A DNA stretch of 35,597 nucleotides from an uncultured virus (IMG/VR IMGVR_UViG_3300028454_001154). Taxonomy: Duplodnaviria > Heunggongvirae > Uroviricota > Caudoviricetes. Both the position numbers and the translations under genes were made by a program. The stretch lies in IMG/VR virus record IMGVR_UViG_3300028454_001154; one strand, given 5' to 3'. Numbering within the stretch: the stretch's first letter is position 1; every line of letters begins with the position of its first letter. The notes under the pieces were generated by a model. That model saw nothing but the letters and a program-made list of their open reading frames with translations. It was not told the DNA's origin and ran no database searches. Below are positions 1 through 8,911 of this stretch, in pieces.

Positions 1-348
1 AATGGTGAAGAGATCGTCGTCCGATTCAATCGACCTGAGAGTATTGACGTGTACTTCCAGCTGCTCGTAACGCCTATCGACAGTTCGACTTTTGTGTTGA
101 CGAACGAGATCAAAGACACCATGAAGGACATTGTGCTCAACTACATGACCATCCTCACAGCTGGACAAGCTGTCATTCCGCAACAGTTTATGACACCGCT
201 TTACGATGCAGTTGAGGGTATCTCTTATATCGATATTGGAATCGGTATTGGCAGCTCTGCTTCGTACAACGCAAGAAGCTTTACCCCTACTGCGCGTCAA
301 AGAGCTGTATCCACCGCGAGCAAGATTGTGGTGATTCTTGATGAATGA
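1..348 (+). CDS. Baseplate J-like protein, C-terminal part (5' end outside window)
   Basis: Frame is open from base 1 (NGEEIVVRFNRPESIDVYFQ...). The 'F.RP....VY' motif and position before a baseplate gene and tail fibre are typical of baseplate J C-termini. Confidence 0.7.
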   Translation, partial: NGEEIVVRFNRPESIDVYFQLLVTPIDSSTFVLTNEIKDTMKDIVLNYMTILTAGQAVIPQQFMTPLYDAVEGISYIDIGIGIGSSASYNARSFTPTARQRAVSTASKIVVILDE

Positions 349-1000
349 TTACACGGTCTATCTTCGCGATGATTTGCTTGAACAGTTTAAGGAGCAGCCA
401 AACATTGAATCTCTTATCCAAGTAATCGGCAAGCAGTTGCAGGATGTTTACGAGTTCTTAGAAGACCTTTCCGCGCTCAGATGGATTGATTCTGCAAAGG
501 GCATTCAGCTTGATCGAGTTGGAGATATCGTTGTTCTCTCAAGAGCTGAGGCTCTGAAGCTGCTTGGAAGATCTGGAACTATTACTGATGACGAGTATAG
601 ATATCTTCTAAAATACAAGATTTTCAGAAACTCCGTCACACCGACTTACCCAGATATGATGCGAGCGATCCGTACATTCTGGACCAAGCCTTTATATTAC
701 GGAGAGAAGCCTGAGAATCCTGCAACTATCTTCCTCAAAACCGATCCGCTTTCTGATCAGACGGATATAGAAACGGTCGTAACTATTCCGGTGCCGAAGC
801 CAGCAGGTGTTCAGCTGGCTATTGAACTGCAGAACCCCACAAAAAGAGAGAACCTCGCATGTGGGATGGTTTCATATACCGTTCAGCATATCAAGGTCAC
901 ATGTGAGAAGCCAGGCGTTACTGTGTTTGTACTTGTAGACGAAAACGGAAATCAGCTTTTGGATGAGTACGGAAACCGCATTCTGGACAATGCGTTGTAA
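338..1000 (+). CDS. Phage baseplate wedge protein (DUF2612/gp48-like)
   Basis: Motifs 'IDSAKGIQLDRVGDIV', 'DDEYRYLLKYKI..N' and 'PKPAGV'; lies between baseplate J and tail fibre. Confidence 0.75.
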   Translation: MMNDYTVYLRDDLLEQFKEQPNIESLIQVIGKQLQDVYEFLEDLSALRWIDSAKGIQLDRVGDIVVLSRAEALKLLGRSGTITDDEYRYLLKYKIFRNSVTPTYPDMMRAIRTFWTKPLYYGEKPENPATIFLKTDPLSDQTDIETVVTIPVPKPAGVQLAIELQNPTKRENLACGMVSYTVQHIKVTCEKPGVTVFVLVDENGNQLLDEYGNRILDNAL

Positions 1001-1020
1001 TGATAAACAGGAGGTAATAG

Positions 1021-2421
1021 ATGCTACTCTTAACAAATGGAGGCCGTGACCTCCTTGCCAGAACTGTAGCTGGTGAAACGGGGATAGTATTCACCAAAGT
1101 ACAGCGAGGCAATGGCTCTGATCAAGGCCGCACTGCCACAGCTCTGGGAAACAGCCTTCTGGAGGTTGGTATCAGCAGTTATGAGATTAACGTTGACGGC
1201 ACGATCACCTTGCATTGGAACTACAACAATGCCAATGTCTTTAGCGGATTCCGGGCCACCGAACTTGGCATTTTTGCCGTTGAAGATGAAGATGACGCCG
1301 ACGATCCAACTGCCCAGATTCTGTTTGCTTATGAATACTGCCCGAGTGCGGATGCCGATTATGTTCCGGCGAACAGCAGCGGACGGATCGTAACCACGTC
1401 TTTTGATACTGATGTGTACATCGGCGATGCAACAGATGTCAGCGTAGTCATTTCGGAGAGCTCCATTTATGCGACAAAAGCAGAGCTTGATGCTCTGGCA
1501 GACGAGGTTGACAACTTGGGCCCGAGTGATGTTGGTCTCGGCAATGTGCCGAACGTTAGCACGAATGAACAGACGCCGACATATACAGTCGCTCAAACGC
1601 TTTCCAATCTTGTAAGTGGAGAGCATCTCAGCATTGCTTTTAGCAAAATCTCCAAGGCGATTTCCAGCCTTATCGACCACATTGCAAACCGAAGCAATCC
1701 TCATGGAGTAACCGCCACTCAAATAGGTGCTGCCGCAGAAGATCATACTCATGGAGCATCTGATATTTCTTCCGGTGTCTTATCTATCGAAAGAGGCGGA
1801 ACTGGAAACATAGATGGCGCTGCGCAAAAACTGTATTCAGCTCGCTTGCTTCGCGTCAATCTGGAGAGCTCAGATGCCGTCACATTTAACGGAACGCAAA
1901 ATGCCGACAATATAGGGACTTCGGGAGTTCTTCCCATTCACAAAGGCGGCACAGGACGAGTTGACGGACATGCTATCGCTCTGGCAAATAAGAGACAGAT
2001 GAAGGTCAATCTTGCAAGCACTTCATATGCTGAGTTTGACGGAACAGCTAATGTTGATCTTGGCGTTGATGGTGTGCTGCCATTACGCAACGGAGGTACA
2101 GGTGTCACAACCCTTGCAGAACTTCAGGCACTTGTTGGCAGTGGTGGAGGAGGAAGTGCAGATCTTAGCGCACACCTGGCAGATTACAACAATCCGCACC
2201 AAGTAAGTGCCGCACAGATCGGCGCGGCTGCTGCGAATCATTCGCACACGGCAGCTTCCATCAACGCCGGAACACTTGCAGGGAAAGTGCTTGCAAATGC
2301 CGCTGCACAGCAGGATCTGGCAGCATCGCAAATTAGGAACATTTACGCAGGAACTGCCCGAATGACAGCTGGAGAGACGGCCCTGCCCACTGGGACGATC
2401 TATCTGGTTTATGAGGAGTAG
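1021..2421 (+). CDS. Tail fibre protein with N-terminal tail-collar/attachment domain
   Basis: N-terminal 'LTNGG..LLA...G...FTKV..G.G' and 'GFRATELGIFA'; two 'NPH.V.A.QIGAAA..H.H' repeats; three 'GVL.I..GGTG' fibre repeats; RBS caggagg. Confidence 0.85.
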   Translation: MLLLTNGGRDLLARTVAGETGIVFTKVQRGNGSDQGRTATALGNSLLEVGISSYEINVDGTITLHWNYNNANVFSGFRATELGIFAVEDEDDADDPTAQILFAYEYCPSADADYVPANSSGRIVTTSFDTDVYIGDATDVSVVISESSIYATKAELDALADEVDNLGPSDVGLGNVPNVSTNEQTPTYTVAQTLSNLVSGEHLSIAFSKISKAISSLIDHIANRSNPHGVTATQIGAAAEDHTHGASDISSGVLSIERGGTGNIDGAAQKLYSARLLRVNLESSDAVTFNGTQNADNIGTSGVLPIHKGGTGRVDGHAIALANKRQMKVNLASTSYAEFDGTANVDLGVDGVLPLRNGGTGVTTLAELQALVGSGGGGSADLSAHLADYNNPHQVSAAQIGAAAANHSHTAASINAGTLAGKVLANAAAQQDLAASQIRNIYAGTARMTAGETALPTGTIYLVYEE

Positions 2422-2424
2422 ACC

Positions 2425-3558
2425 ATGAGCGTATATCTTGGCAGAAGCGGCCTCGCCTCCCGCGTAACCAACATGTATGTGGGCGTTGGCGGCACAGCAA
2501 AGATCGTCACGGATGGCTACGTTGGCGTGGGCGGCGTGGCCCGACCATTCTGGACGATTCAGCGTGGCGTGCAGTATTACGGGCCCGGCCCGACCTTGCG
2601 TCACGCCCGTGTTTATGGTGCTGCAGCTACCGCAGGAAATCAAATGCTTTATGGCGGCGGACGAAATAATGACGAATGTGTCGACTGGGTTGAACAACTG
2701 AGCCCTTCGCTGACGCTTACAGACGGTACAGCTCTAACGGTAGCTCGTTCCGATTTCGCGGCAACTGAGGTCGGCAGCAAAGCTGTGTTTGCAGGAGGCG
2801 AGACCACAAGTGGCATAAACAAGGACACTGTTGATGTCTACGATTCCTCTCAAACACACAGCGATGGGCCTGTATTACGCATCGCCCGAGATGACTTGGC
2901 TGCCGGGAGCCTCAGCACCGTCGCCTATTTCGGCGGCGGTGCCGACAACAGCACGAATGAGACGGCCGTTGTTGACGCCTACGACACGTCGCTGACCCGC
3001 TATTCTCCAGACAGCCTTTCCTTCGCTGTCACGAATCCTGCCGCTGCCGTAGCAGGTACGCGAGTCTTGTTTGCTGGTGGTACTGGATCAGACAACATAG
3101 ACGGGTACGACAGTTCAATGACCCGTTTGACTGGCGGGCATCTGGCCGTTGCCCGAGGCAGGCTTACAGGATCTTCCGCTGGACGAATTGCGTTGTTCGC
3201 TGGCGGAATCATCAGCGGAACGCTCTGCCGTAAACTGGAGGCTGTCACTGAGTCACTGACACGGTTGGCAGCAGTCGAACTTGGCTTTGGAGTCATGGAC
3301 GGCGCAGGTAGTCGGCTTGGCAACTGGGCTGTCTTTGGCGGCGGTTTTGGCGAGGATGGGCCGTCAACTGTTGTGGCTTGCTGCGACAATAACTTGACCA
3401 TTTTGCCTAACACGCCCATGCCGACAGGCCGTGGAGGGCTTAGCGCTGCTTCTTGTGGAAATTATTTTGCTTTTTTCGGCGGCTCCACAAGCGAGTCATG
3501 GTCTTTTGCGAGCCGTGATGCAAGTAATCTGGTCGATATCTACACTATAGGAGGTTAG
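2425..3558 (+). CDS. Kelch-like beta-propeller tail-associated protein
   Basis: About six ~45-aa repeats 'L..AR..LAA...G....FAGG.......VD.YD.SLT'. Confidence 0.75.
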   Translation: MSVYLGRSGLASRVTNMYVGVGGTAKIVTDGYVGVGGVARPFWTIQRGVQYYGPGPTLRHARVYGAAATAGNQMLYGGGRNNDECVDWVEQLSPSLTLTDGTALTVARSDFAATEVGSKAVFAGGETTSGINKDTVDVYDSSQTHSDGPVLRIARDDLAAGSLSTVAYFGGGADNSTNETAVVDAYDTSLTRYSPDSLSFAVTNPAAAVAGTRVLFAGGTGSDNIDGYDSSMTRLTGGHLAVARGRLTGSSAGRIALFAGGIISGTLCRKLEAVTESLTRLAAVELGFGVMDGAGSRLGNWAVFGGGFGEDGPSTVVACCDNNLTILPNTPMPTGRGGLSAASCGNYFAFFGGSTSESWSFASRDASNLVDIYTIGG

Positions 3559-3559
3559 T

Positions 3560-3946
3560 ATGAGATACGCAATCTGGAACAAGCAAGATCCTATTATCAC
3601 ACCTATCGGAGAAGTGTTGACACCTGAACAATGGATTCAGAGATATCCTGTTGCAGGATTGCCCAGCATTACCGTTGTTTGCGCCGCAGGGGAGATCAAT
3701 GGCGCATTCTTCGGAACACTTGGGCAAATGAAGCACAACTACGAGGAAATGGGTGTTGACTTCTCTCAGTGCGAAACAGACATGGATGTTCTTGAAGTCA
3801 TTGATGCCTATGAAAAGAGCGCAAACTCCGCCGATGCGAAGAGTCTTGAACTTCGCCAGACAGAAGCTCTTGAAACACTTGCCGCAAATCAAGGCGGCTC
3901 TGAGAATCAGGCTGTAATCAATGCTCTTCTTGGGGAGGATGAGTAA
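3560..3946 (+). CDS. Hypothetical tail-associated protein
   Basis: RBS ggagg; coupled to neighbours. Confidence 0.65.
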   Translation: MRYAIWNKQDPIITPIGEVLTPEQWIQRYPVAGLPSITVVCAAGEINGAFFGTLGQMKHNYEEMGVDFSQCETDMDVLEVIDAYEKSANSADAKSLELRQTEALETLAANQGGSENQAVINALLGEDE

Positions 3947-3948
3947 AA

Positions 3949-4371
3949 ATGGATGATAAGATCATGATGGCTAAGCAGCTCGGCCGAGCTCTCGAACTCT
4001 GGGCTGCAACTTTTACTGACGAGAGCACCATGCTTGAGGTTGCTGGTGTTTACCCCAAGTGGAAGACTGACTGCCAGTATAAGAATGGGGACATTGTACG
4101 CTATGAGACTGATGAGAACGGCGAGTTTATGCTTTGGCGCGTTCTTCAGGATCATAAGTCTCAAAGCAATTGGACACCTGATACTGCCGTTTCCCTCTAT
4201 AAGCGTATTGGCATCACTGACGATGGCATCAATATTTGGACGCAACCTCTTGGTGCCTCCGATGCTTATGAAAAGGGCGATATCGTTTCACACAAGGATA
4301 AGCTTTGGGCGTCCACCTGCGACGGGAATGTCTGGGAGCCCGGCGTATATGGCTGGGAACTCAAAGACTGA
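3949..4371 (+). CDS. Carbohydrate-binding module (CBM5/12-like) protein
   Basis: 'YP.W.....Y..GD.VRY', 'LQDH.SQ.NWTPD.A.SLY', 'WTQP.GA.DAY.KGD.VSH....W.S..D.NVWEPGVYGW'. Confidence 0.75.
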   Translation: MDDKIMMAKQLGRALELWAATFTDESTMLEVAGVYPKWKTDCQYKNGDIVRYETDENGEFMLWRVLQDHKSQSNWTPDTAVSLYKRIGITDDGINIWTQPLGASDAYEKGDIVSHKDKLWASTCDGNVWEPGVYGWELKD

Positions 4372-4408
4372 TCAGTAGAAGCACTTATGGATTAAGGAGG
4401 CAACAGAC

Positions 4409-5566
4409 ATGCCTGATGTTTACCTTAGCAACAAAGACCTTGTTGCGAGTATCAAAGATACCGATACTGTTGTTCTGGTCATGTCGAACAACAGCATTCG
4501 CCGAATCCAGAAAGGCAAAATCATTCCAACGCCCACGACGAGCGACAATGGAAAGATCGCTTACATCCAGAATGGCGCATGGGTAAAGTTCGACCTCGAC
4601 TCCCTCGGCTATGCTGTAGCCATTGACATAACCTACTCCACCGCACACGGCACCGCGCCAGTAGCAAAACAGGTCGTTGTCAAGCGAAGCACTGGCTATA
4701 CACTTACGGCTGCAGATCTTCCAACCTTGAGCGCAACAGGTTGGACGTTTAATGGCTGGAATCATCGCGTCGGAGACGTTATCCGAGAGGACACTCAGCT
4801 CGTTGCTTCGTGGACACAGATCGAGTACACATCTATTACGCTTAGCTATCAGACAGCGCATGGAGTTGCTCCCGCGAACAAGGTTCGGCAATATCCTACC
4901 GGATCGTATTACACTCTCACAAACGCTGATGTGGAGCCTATTTCCGCCAGCGGATGGCGGTTTACAGGATGGAGTAAATCTGCTGGAGCACATGTTACTG
5001 AGGACACCGTTCTCGTGGCGTCTTGGGAGGAGATCGTCTATACCAACATCACTCTCAGCTATGTATCAGCTCACGGTACGCCCCCCGATGCGAAAGTTAA
5101 GACGATTGAGCAGGGTAAGTCTTACACCCTGACAAATGATGACTTGCCTGACCTCAGCGCGGAAGGCTGGATCTGGGGCGGTTGGAACAAATCCGCTGGA
5201 CAAACGGTGTCGTCCAACACAACGATCACAGCCTCGTGGACGGAGGATACTACGCCGAGAGTCTACTATGGCAAGCTGGCTACCGATTCTATTCCCGGCA
5301 GTGTCAGCGGACTGACAGAGGAAAGCTATACCGGATCTGCAATTGCCTTTAATACGAATACGGGAGCCAACGAGTACACGTTCTTCATTGCGCCTGTCAG
5401 CGCTGGAACAGTGTCGCTCGAATATCAGGTGAACGGTCAGGGCTCGTGGCTCAGCGGCGGTTTTACCTCTCTCGGAACAGCCACTTACAACGGCGTTTCC
5501 TGCAATGTCTATCGGACATCTAACGAAGACCTCGGATCTGTCTCGTTCAAAGCTACCATCAATTAG
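4409..5566 (+). CDS. Surface/tail protein with three InlB B-repeat (Flg_new-like) domains
   Basis: Three ~71-aa repeats 'I.LSY.TAHG.AP..K......YTLT..DLP.LSA.GW.F.GW......V..DT.L.ASW'. Confidence 0.75.
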   Translation: MPDVYLSNKDLVASIKDTDTVVLVMSNNSIRRIQKGKIIPTPTTSDNGKIAYIQNGAWVKFDLDSLGYAVAIDITYSTAHGTAPVAKQVVVKRSTGYTLTAADLPTLSATGWTFNGWNHRVGDVIREDTQLVASWTQIEYTSITLSYQTAHGVAPANKVRQYPTGSYYTLTNADVEPISASGWRFTGWSKSAGAHVTEDTVLVASWEEIVYTNITLSYVSAHGTPPDAKVKTIEQGKSYTLTNDDLPDLSAEGWIWGGWNKSAGQTVSSNTTITASWTEDTTPRVYYGKLATDSIPGSVSGLTEESYTGSAIAFNTNTGANEYTFFIAPVSAGTVSLEYQVNGQGSWLSGGFTSLGTATYNGVSCNVYRTSNEDLGSVSFKATIN

Positions 5567-5580
5567 GGAGGCGATCTTAG

Positions 5581-5862
5581 ATGGCATATAACGGTTCTAC
5601 TCAGCTTATAAGCGGCATTATCCAAGCCAATAACAAGACGTTTCCACTTGTTCATGCCGACGATGTTCAGGTAGGAGACAATGCGTCTGACAGGCTGCCT
5701 TCGTTTATCCTGCCTAAGGTTACGACTACAAATGATTCTGCACTTTTGCAGGTTGTCGATGGCGTGTGGTCAATCGGTATCAAAGTTTGGATTGGATCGG
5801 CCTCCGAGTACGCAGCTATCAGAACAAAAGACGCCCGGACCTTGTACTTTATAACTGGGTGA
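5581..5862 (+). CDS. Small tail protein
   Basis: C-terminal 'W.G...EYAAI.TKD..TLYFI' motif common in small tail-fibre-associated proteins; RBS gggagg. Confidence 0.6.
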   Translation: MAYNGSTQLISGIIQANNKTFPLVHADDVQVGDNASDRLPSFILPKVTTTNDSALLQVVDGVWSIGIKVWIGSASEYAAIRTKDARTLYFITG

Positions 5863-6141
5863 TTGTCTATGATCTCTTTTGGATTTAATAAGCAAATTGT
5901 TGAAATCATGTTCGGTTCCACTCCCGTTACCACAGTCATGCTCGGAAATGTAGAGATCTGGCCCCGAGCAAGTGTTAATTACAAACAACTGTCTTACGAA
6001 TGGGATGACGAGCAAATGAAGCTTACGATACAGGAAGAGGATAAAGAGACCGACGAGAACTACTATGTGTGGTCAGCCGACACAAAAACTCTCGATGTTC
6101 ACGAGATTCCTCAGGAAGAGGTGGAAGGGAGCAACTCATGA
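5863..6141 (+). CDS. Hypothetical protein (start may be ATG 5869)
   Basis: ORF in the operon; acidic C-terminus. Confidence 0.55.
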   Translation: MSMISFGFNKQIVEIMFGSTPVTTVMLGNVEIWPRASVNYKQLSYEWDDEQMKLTIQEEDKETDENYYVWSADTKTLDVHEIPQEEVEGSNS

Positions 6142-6314
6142 TAATCACATGGGAAGACCTCGCAGAAAGCGGGACAATCATTCAGATTTTCTTTGGAACC
6201 TCATATCCTGACGGATTGACGGAAGAAGAAATGCGTGACTCTCCTGAAGGATGGGTCAGGCGAGCCTATGCCCGTTGGAAGGAGGCACATGTCAATGGCG
6301 GAGAATCCACTTAA
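6138..6314 (+). CDS. Small hypothetical protein (MIITWEDLAESG...)
   Basis: ATGA overlap with the previous stop; RBS ggaaggga. Confidence 0.55.
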   Translation: MIITWEDLAESGTIIQIFFGTSYPDGLTEEEMRDSPEGWVRRAYARWKEAHVNGGEST

Positions 6315-7164
6315 TCTACCGATCTACTTGCTGCAATGTGCAAAGAAGGGGTTCTTCAACGAGAGGGACAGGTGGGGTTGGATTTCCAGATCCTTATACA
6401 AGCTCATCTACGGAGATTTTGTTGGTACTTTTGATGCTGGCGTTAATGGCGCTTACTGGGTGCAATTAGAGGAGGAAAGGCCCAAAGCCCTGTGGATTGT
6501 TTGCCCGGATAACAGCTTAGATTTTCAAGAACTGGTCCAACTGGATATCACTGAAGTTTTTGAAGAGATGGCCGAGTACGATACTTACTATCCGGTTCCC
6601 CAATGGGATGACTTGGCCGAATGGATTAGCAGTAAAAACACCACACTTTCTTTTGCTTTGGATGCAATACAGAGCGTTACGATTGGAAATCTGACCACTG
6701 ATAATATTCCCAAGTGGACTGACCCGAAAAGCGACCTTTCCATTGTCTTTAGATGGATCAAGCAGCTTGCCATCAATGCCGAGGAAGACAATAACCAAAG
6801 CCTCCCGTGTATGGATTTTTGGGAACCGTGGGTGGACAGAGACCAATTGGTTCCGGGAACGTCGTTTGTTTGCAGAACTGATGGTGAGAACTCTCAATCT
6901 GTTCCTTTGCAAGGCGGGGGTTTGCTCAGATCACAGTTAGACAGCCTCGTTTATCAACATATTTTTGTTGGAACCGCACCGCACACAGTTACTGGTGGCG
7001 AATGGGGAGACACACCGTTTCTTCATGTAGTCCCATTTGCCACATTTTCAGAAGGTGATCCTGTTATGTTGGCTGGCACAAACCCGAACAAGATCATCTT
7101 GCCAATCAGCTGTGACGCCGGACAATTCGGGACTTTCTCACTCGACACAACGCTGCAGATATGA
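6289..7164 (+). CDS. Hypothetical protein
   Basis: Long ORF; RBS aggagg before ATG 6289 (ORF track starts at 6235). Confidence 0.6.
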   Translation: MSMAENPLNLPIYLLQCAKKGFFNERDRWGWISRSLYKLIYGDFVGTFDAGVNGAYWVQLEEERPKALWIVCPDNSLDFQELVQLDITEVFEEMAEYDTYYPVPQWDDLAEWISSKNTTLSFALDAIQSVTIGNLTTDNIPKWTDPKSDLSIVFRWIKQLAINAEEDNNQSLPCMDFWEPWVDRDQLVPGTSFVCRTDGENSQSVPLQGGGLLRSQLDSLVYQHIFVGTAPHTVTGGEWGDTPFLHVVPFATFSEGDPVMLAGTNPNKIILPISCDAGQFGTFSLDTTLQI

Positions 7165-7637
7165 ATAGGGTTGCCAGCTGGATTGGGTACTGCGAACACA
7201 AATCTCCGAAGTTTCTCGGTATTCCCAATGCCAACGTAGGGAAAGGCTATACTATTTTCGCGGACATAGTTGGCTTACCCCAAAAGATTCCTTGGTGTAC
7301 TACGTTTGTTTTTGCAGTGCATCCTCAGGCATCGTTGCTGGGTGAACCTTGTTCCGGAACACGGACGCTGAAGAAAAGGATGAAACGGGCTCGTTTATAC
7401 CGAGGGAAAGAATATACTCCAAAGCCCGGTGATATCATTTTCCTAAGCAACACAAGGACCAAGCTCGTAGACCATTGCGGAATTGTAGAAAGCTGCGATG
7501 GCCTTTTTGTTACTTCAATAGAAGGGAATGCCCGTGATGATCAAGGTCGGTTTCGCCCGGATGAAGGCGGTGTCGTAGCCCGGCGCACCAGAGCAATGGA
7601 CGATACGCTGATCGTCGGATACGCAGAAATAGATTAA
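7161..7637 (+). CDS. CHAP-domain peptidoglycan hydrolase
   Basis: 'PWC.TFV' catalytic Cys, 'PKPGDIIF', 'DHCGIVE', 'TSIEGN', 'IVGYA'. Confidence 0.85.
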   Translation: MNRVASWIGYCEHKSPKFLGIPNANVGKGYTIFADIVGLPQKIPWCTTFVFAVHPQASLLGEPCSGTRTLKKRMKRARLYRGKEYTPKPGDIIFLSNTRTKLVDHCGIVESCDGLFVTSIEGNARDDQGRFRPDEGGVVARRTRAMDDTLIVGYAEID

Positions 7638-7646
7638 CGCACATAG

Positions 7647-7677
7647 AACAGGGCATCGAAAGATGCTCTGTTTTCTT
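7647..7677 (+). terminator. Rho-independent terminator
   Basis: aacagggcatc-GAAA-gatgctctgtt followed by ttctt. Confidence 0.65.
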
Positions 7678-7697
7678 ATGCTTGGAAAGGAGCACAA

Positions 7698-8507
7698 ATG
7701 AAAGTACTACAGACCCCATACACCCAAGATCGCATGCTCGTCGATGCCCTCGACTCTGCGAGTAACGAAAAAAACACACAGTTGGCAAGTCCGCAATCCA
7801 GAGATGCACTTGTTCTGCACGCTATTTCCGATGACTATGGTCCTGTCGATACCGGAAGCAGTCCGGTCACTGCGGATCGACTGCTTTCCGAAGCAGTAAA
7901 GAAATCCCGGTCCGGAGGCGGTTCCGCTCCTGTGCTGGAGGAGTTGCATGTGGATGTTAACGGCGAGTATATGCCTGAAGAAGGCGTGGATGGTTTTAAC
8001 TATGTTAACGTCAACGTCCCTGGATCCGTGCTGGATACGCTGAATGTCACCGCGAACGGCACCTACACGCCCGGGAGCGGTTATGACGGATTCGATCAGG
8101 TGGTTGTTGAGGTGGAGCAAGAGTGGGACTCAGCTACGTTCACTGGTACACTTGATGCTCCGTTCACTTGGGCCGAACTTTTTGAGCTGGATAACGCTGA
8201 TAAAGTATATGGCATTATGACGATAGATGCGACAGCTATCGGGTCAGATACAGTGAAGGTTCCTCTTGTTGCCGTGGTCCCATCTACTGGAAACATATAC
8301 TTCTCAGTATGCGAAATCCCGTCCACGACTGTTAGTGATGTAAATGCGGTATCTATTGTCATAATGGTTGACGTTGATAATCAAACAGTACTGCTTAGCA
8401 GAGCAAATACAATGCAACAGGGAGTGATTACAGACTTGTCGCAGTATGCCTCGACCATATCGACCACAACGACATTTGTGTATCATATTCCGTCGAGTGA
8501 CGACTAA
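7698..8507 (+). CDS. Virion-associated protein with 'NG.Y.P..G.DGF..V.V.V' repeats
   Basis: Two tandem beta-rich repeats after a Gly/Ser linker; RBS aaggag. Confidence 0.6.
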   Translation: MKVLQTPYTQDRMLVDALDSASNEKNTQLASPQSRDALVLHAISDDYGPVDTGSSPVTADRLLSEAVKKSRSGGGSAPVLEELHVDVNGEYMPEEGVDGFNYVNVNVPGSVLDTLNVTANGTYTPGSGYDGFDQVVVEVEQEWDSATFTGTLDAPFTWAELFELDNADKVYGIMTIDATAIGSDTVKVPLVAVVPSTGNIYFSVCEIPSTTVSDVNAVSIVIMVDVDNQTVLLSRANTMQQGVITDLSQYASTISTTTTFVYHIPSSDD

Positions 8508-8666
8508 TGAGGGATGACCTATGGCATACTCGACAACGGCCAGCAAGTGGCCGGGCGATAAGAGATACATGGCGCGTACAGCGGAGGCATCCGCATCACA
8601 TGGGATGTCACAGCCTTCGAGCTTTTGGATTAAAGAGGTACATATTCCGAATAAAGGAGGAACAAT

Positions 8667-8897
8667 ATGAAAATCGAACCTATCTACGATAGCACTTCGA
8701 ACCCTCGGCATCGCGCGTACTGCATGATTGATGACCTTCAGGCTGGCGCGGCTTCTGGCACATATACGTTCGTGGACAGCAAAGTGGCTGACCTTCTCGG
8801 CTTTGCATCCGAGATCCTTGTCATTGATCAGCCGGGGATGATTCTTTTCTTCGACAATCAAACGAAAGTCGCTTACGACTGGAGCAAGACCGAGTAG
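8667..8897 (+). CDS. Hypothetical protein
   Basis: RBS aaggagga. Confidence 0.6.
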   Translation: MKIEPIYDSTSNPRHRAYCMIDDLQAGAASGTYTFVDSKVADLLGFASEILVIDQPGMILFFDNQTKVAYDWSKTE

Positions 8898-8911
8898 GGA
8901 GGAGGAAAACC

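Noticed and set aside
8507..8692. 61-aa ORF
   Set aside because: No convincing RBS or protein-like composition; left unannotated.
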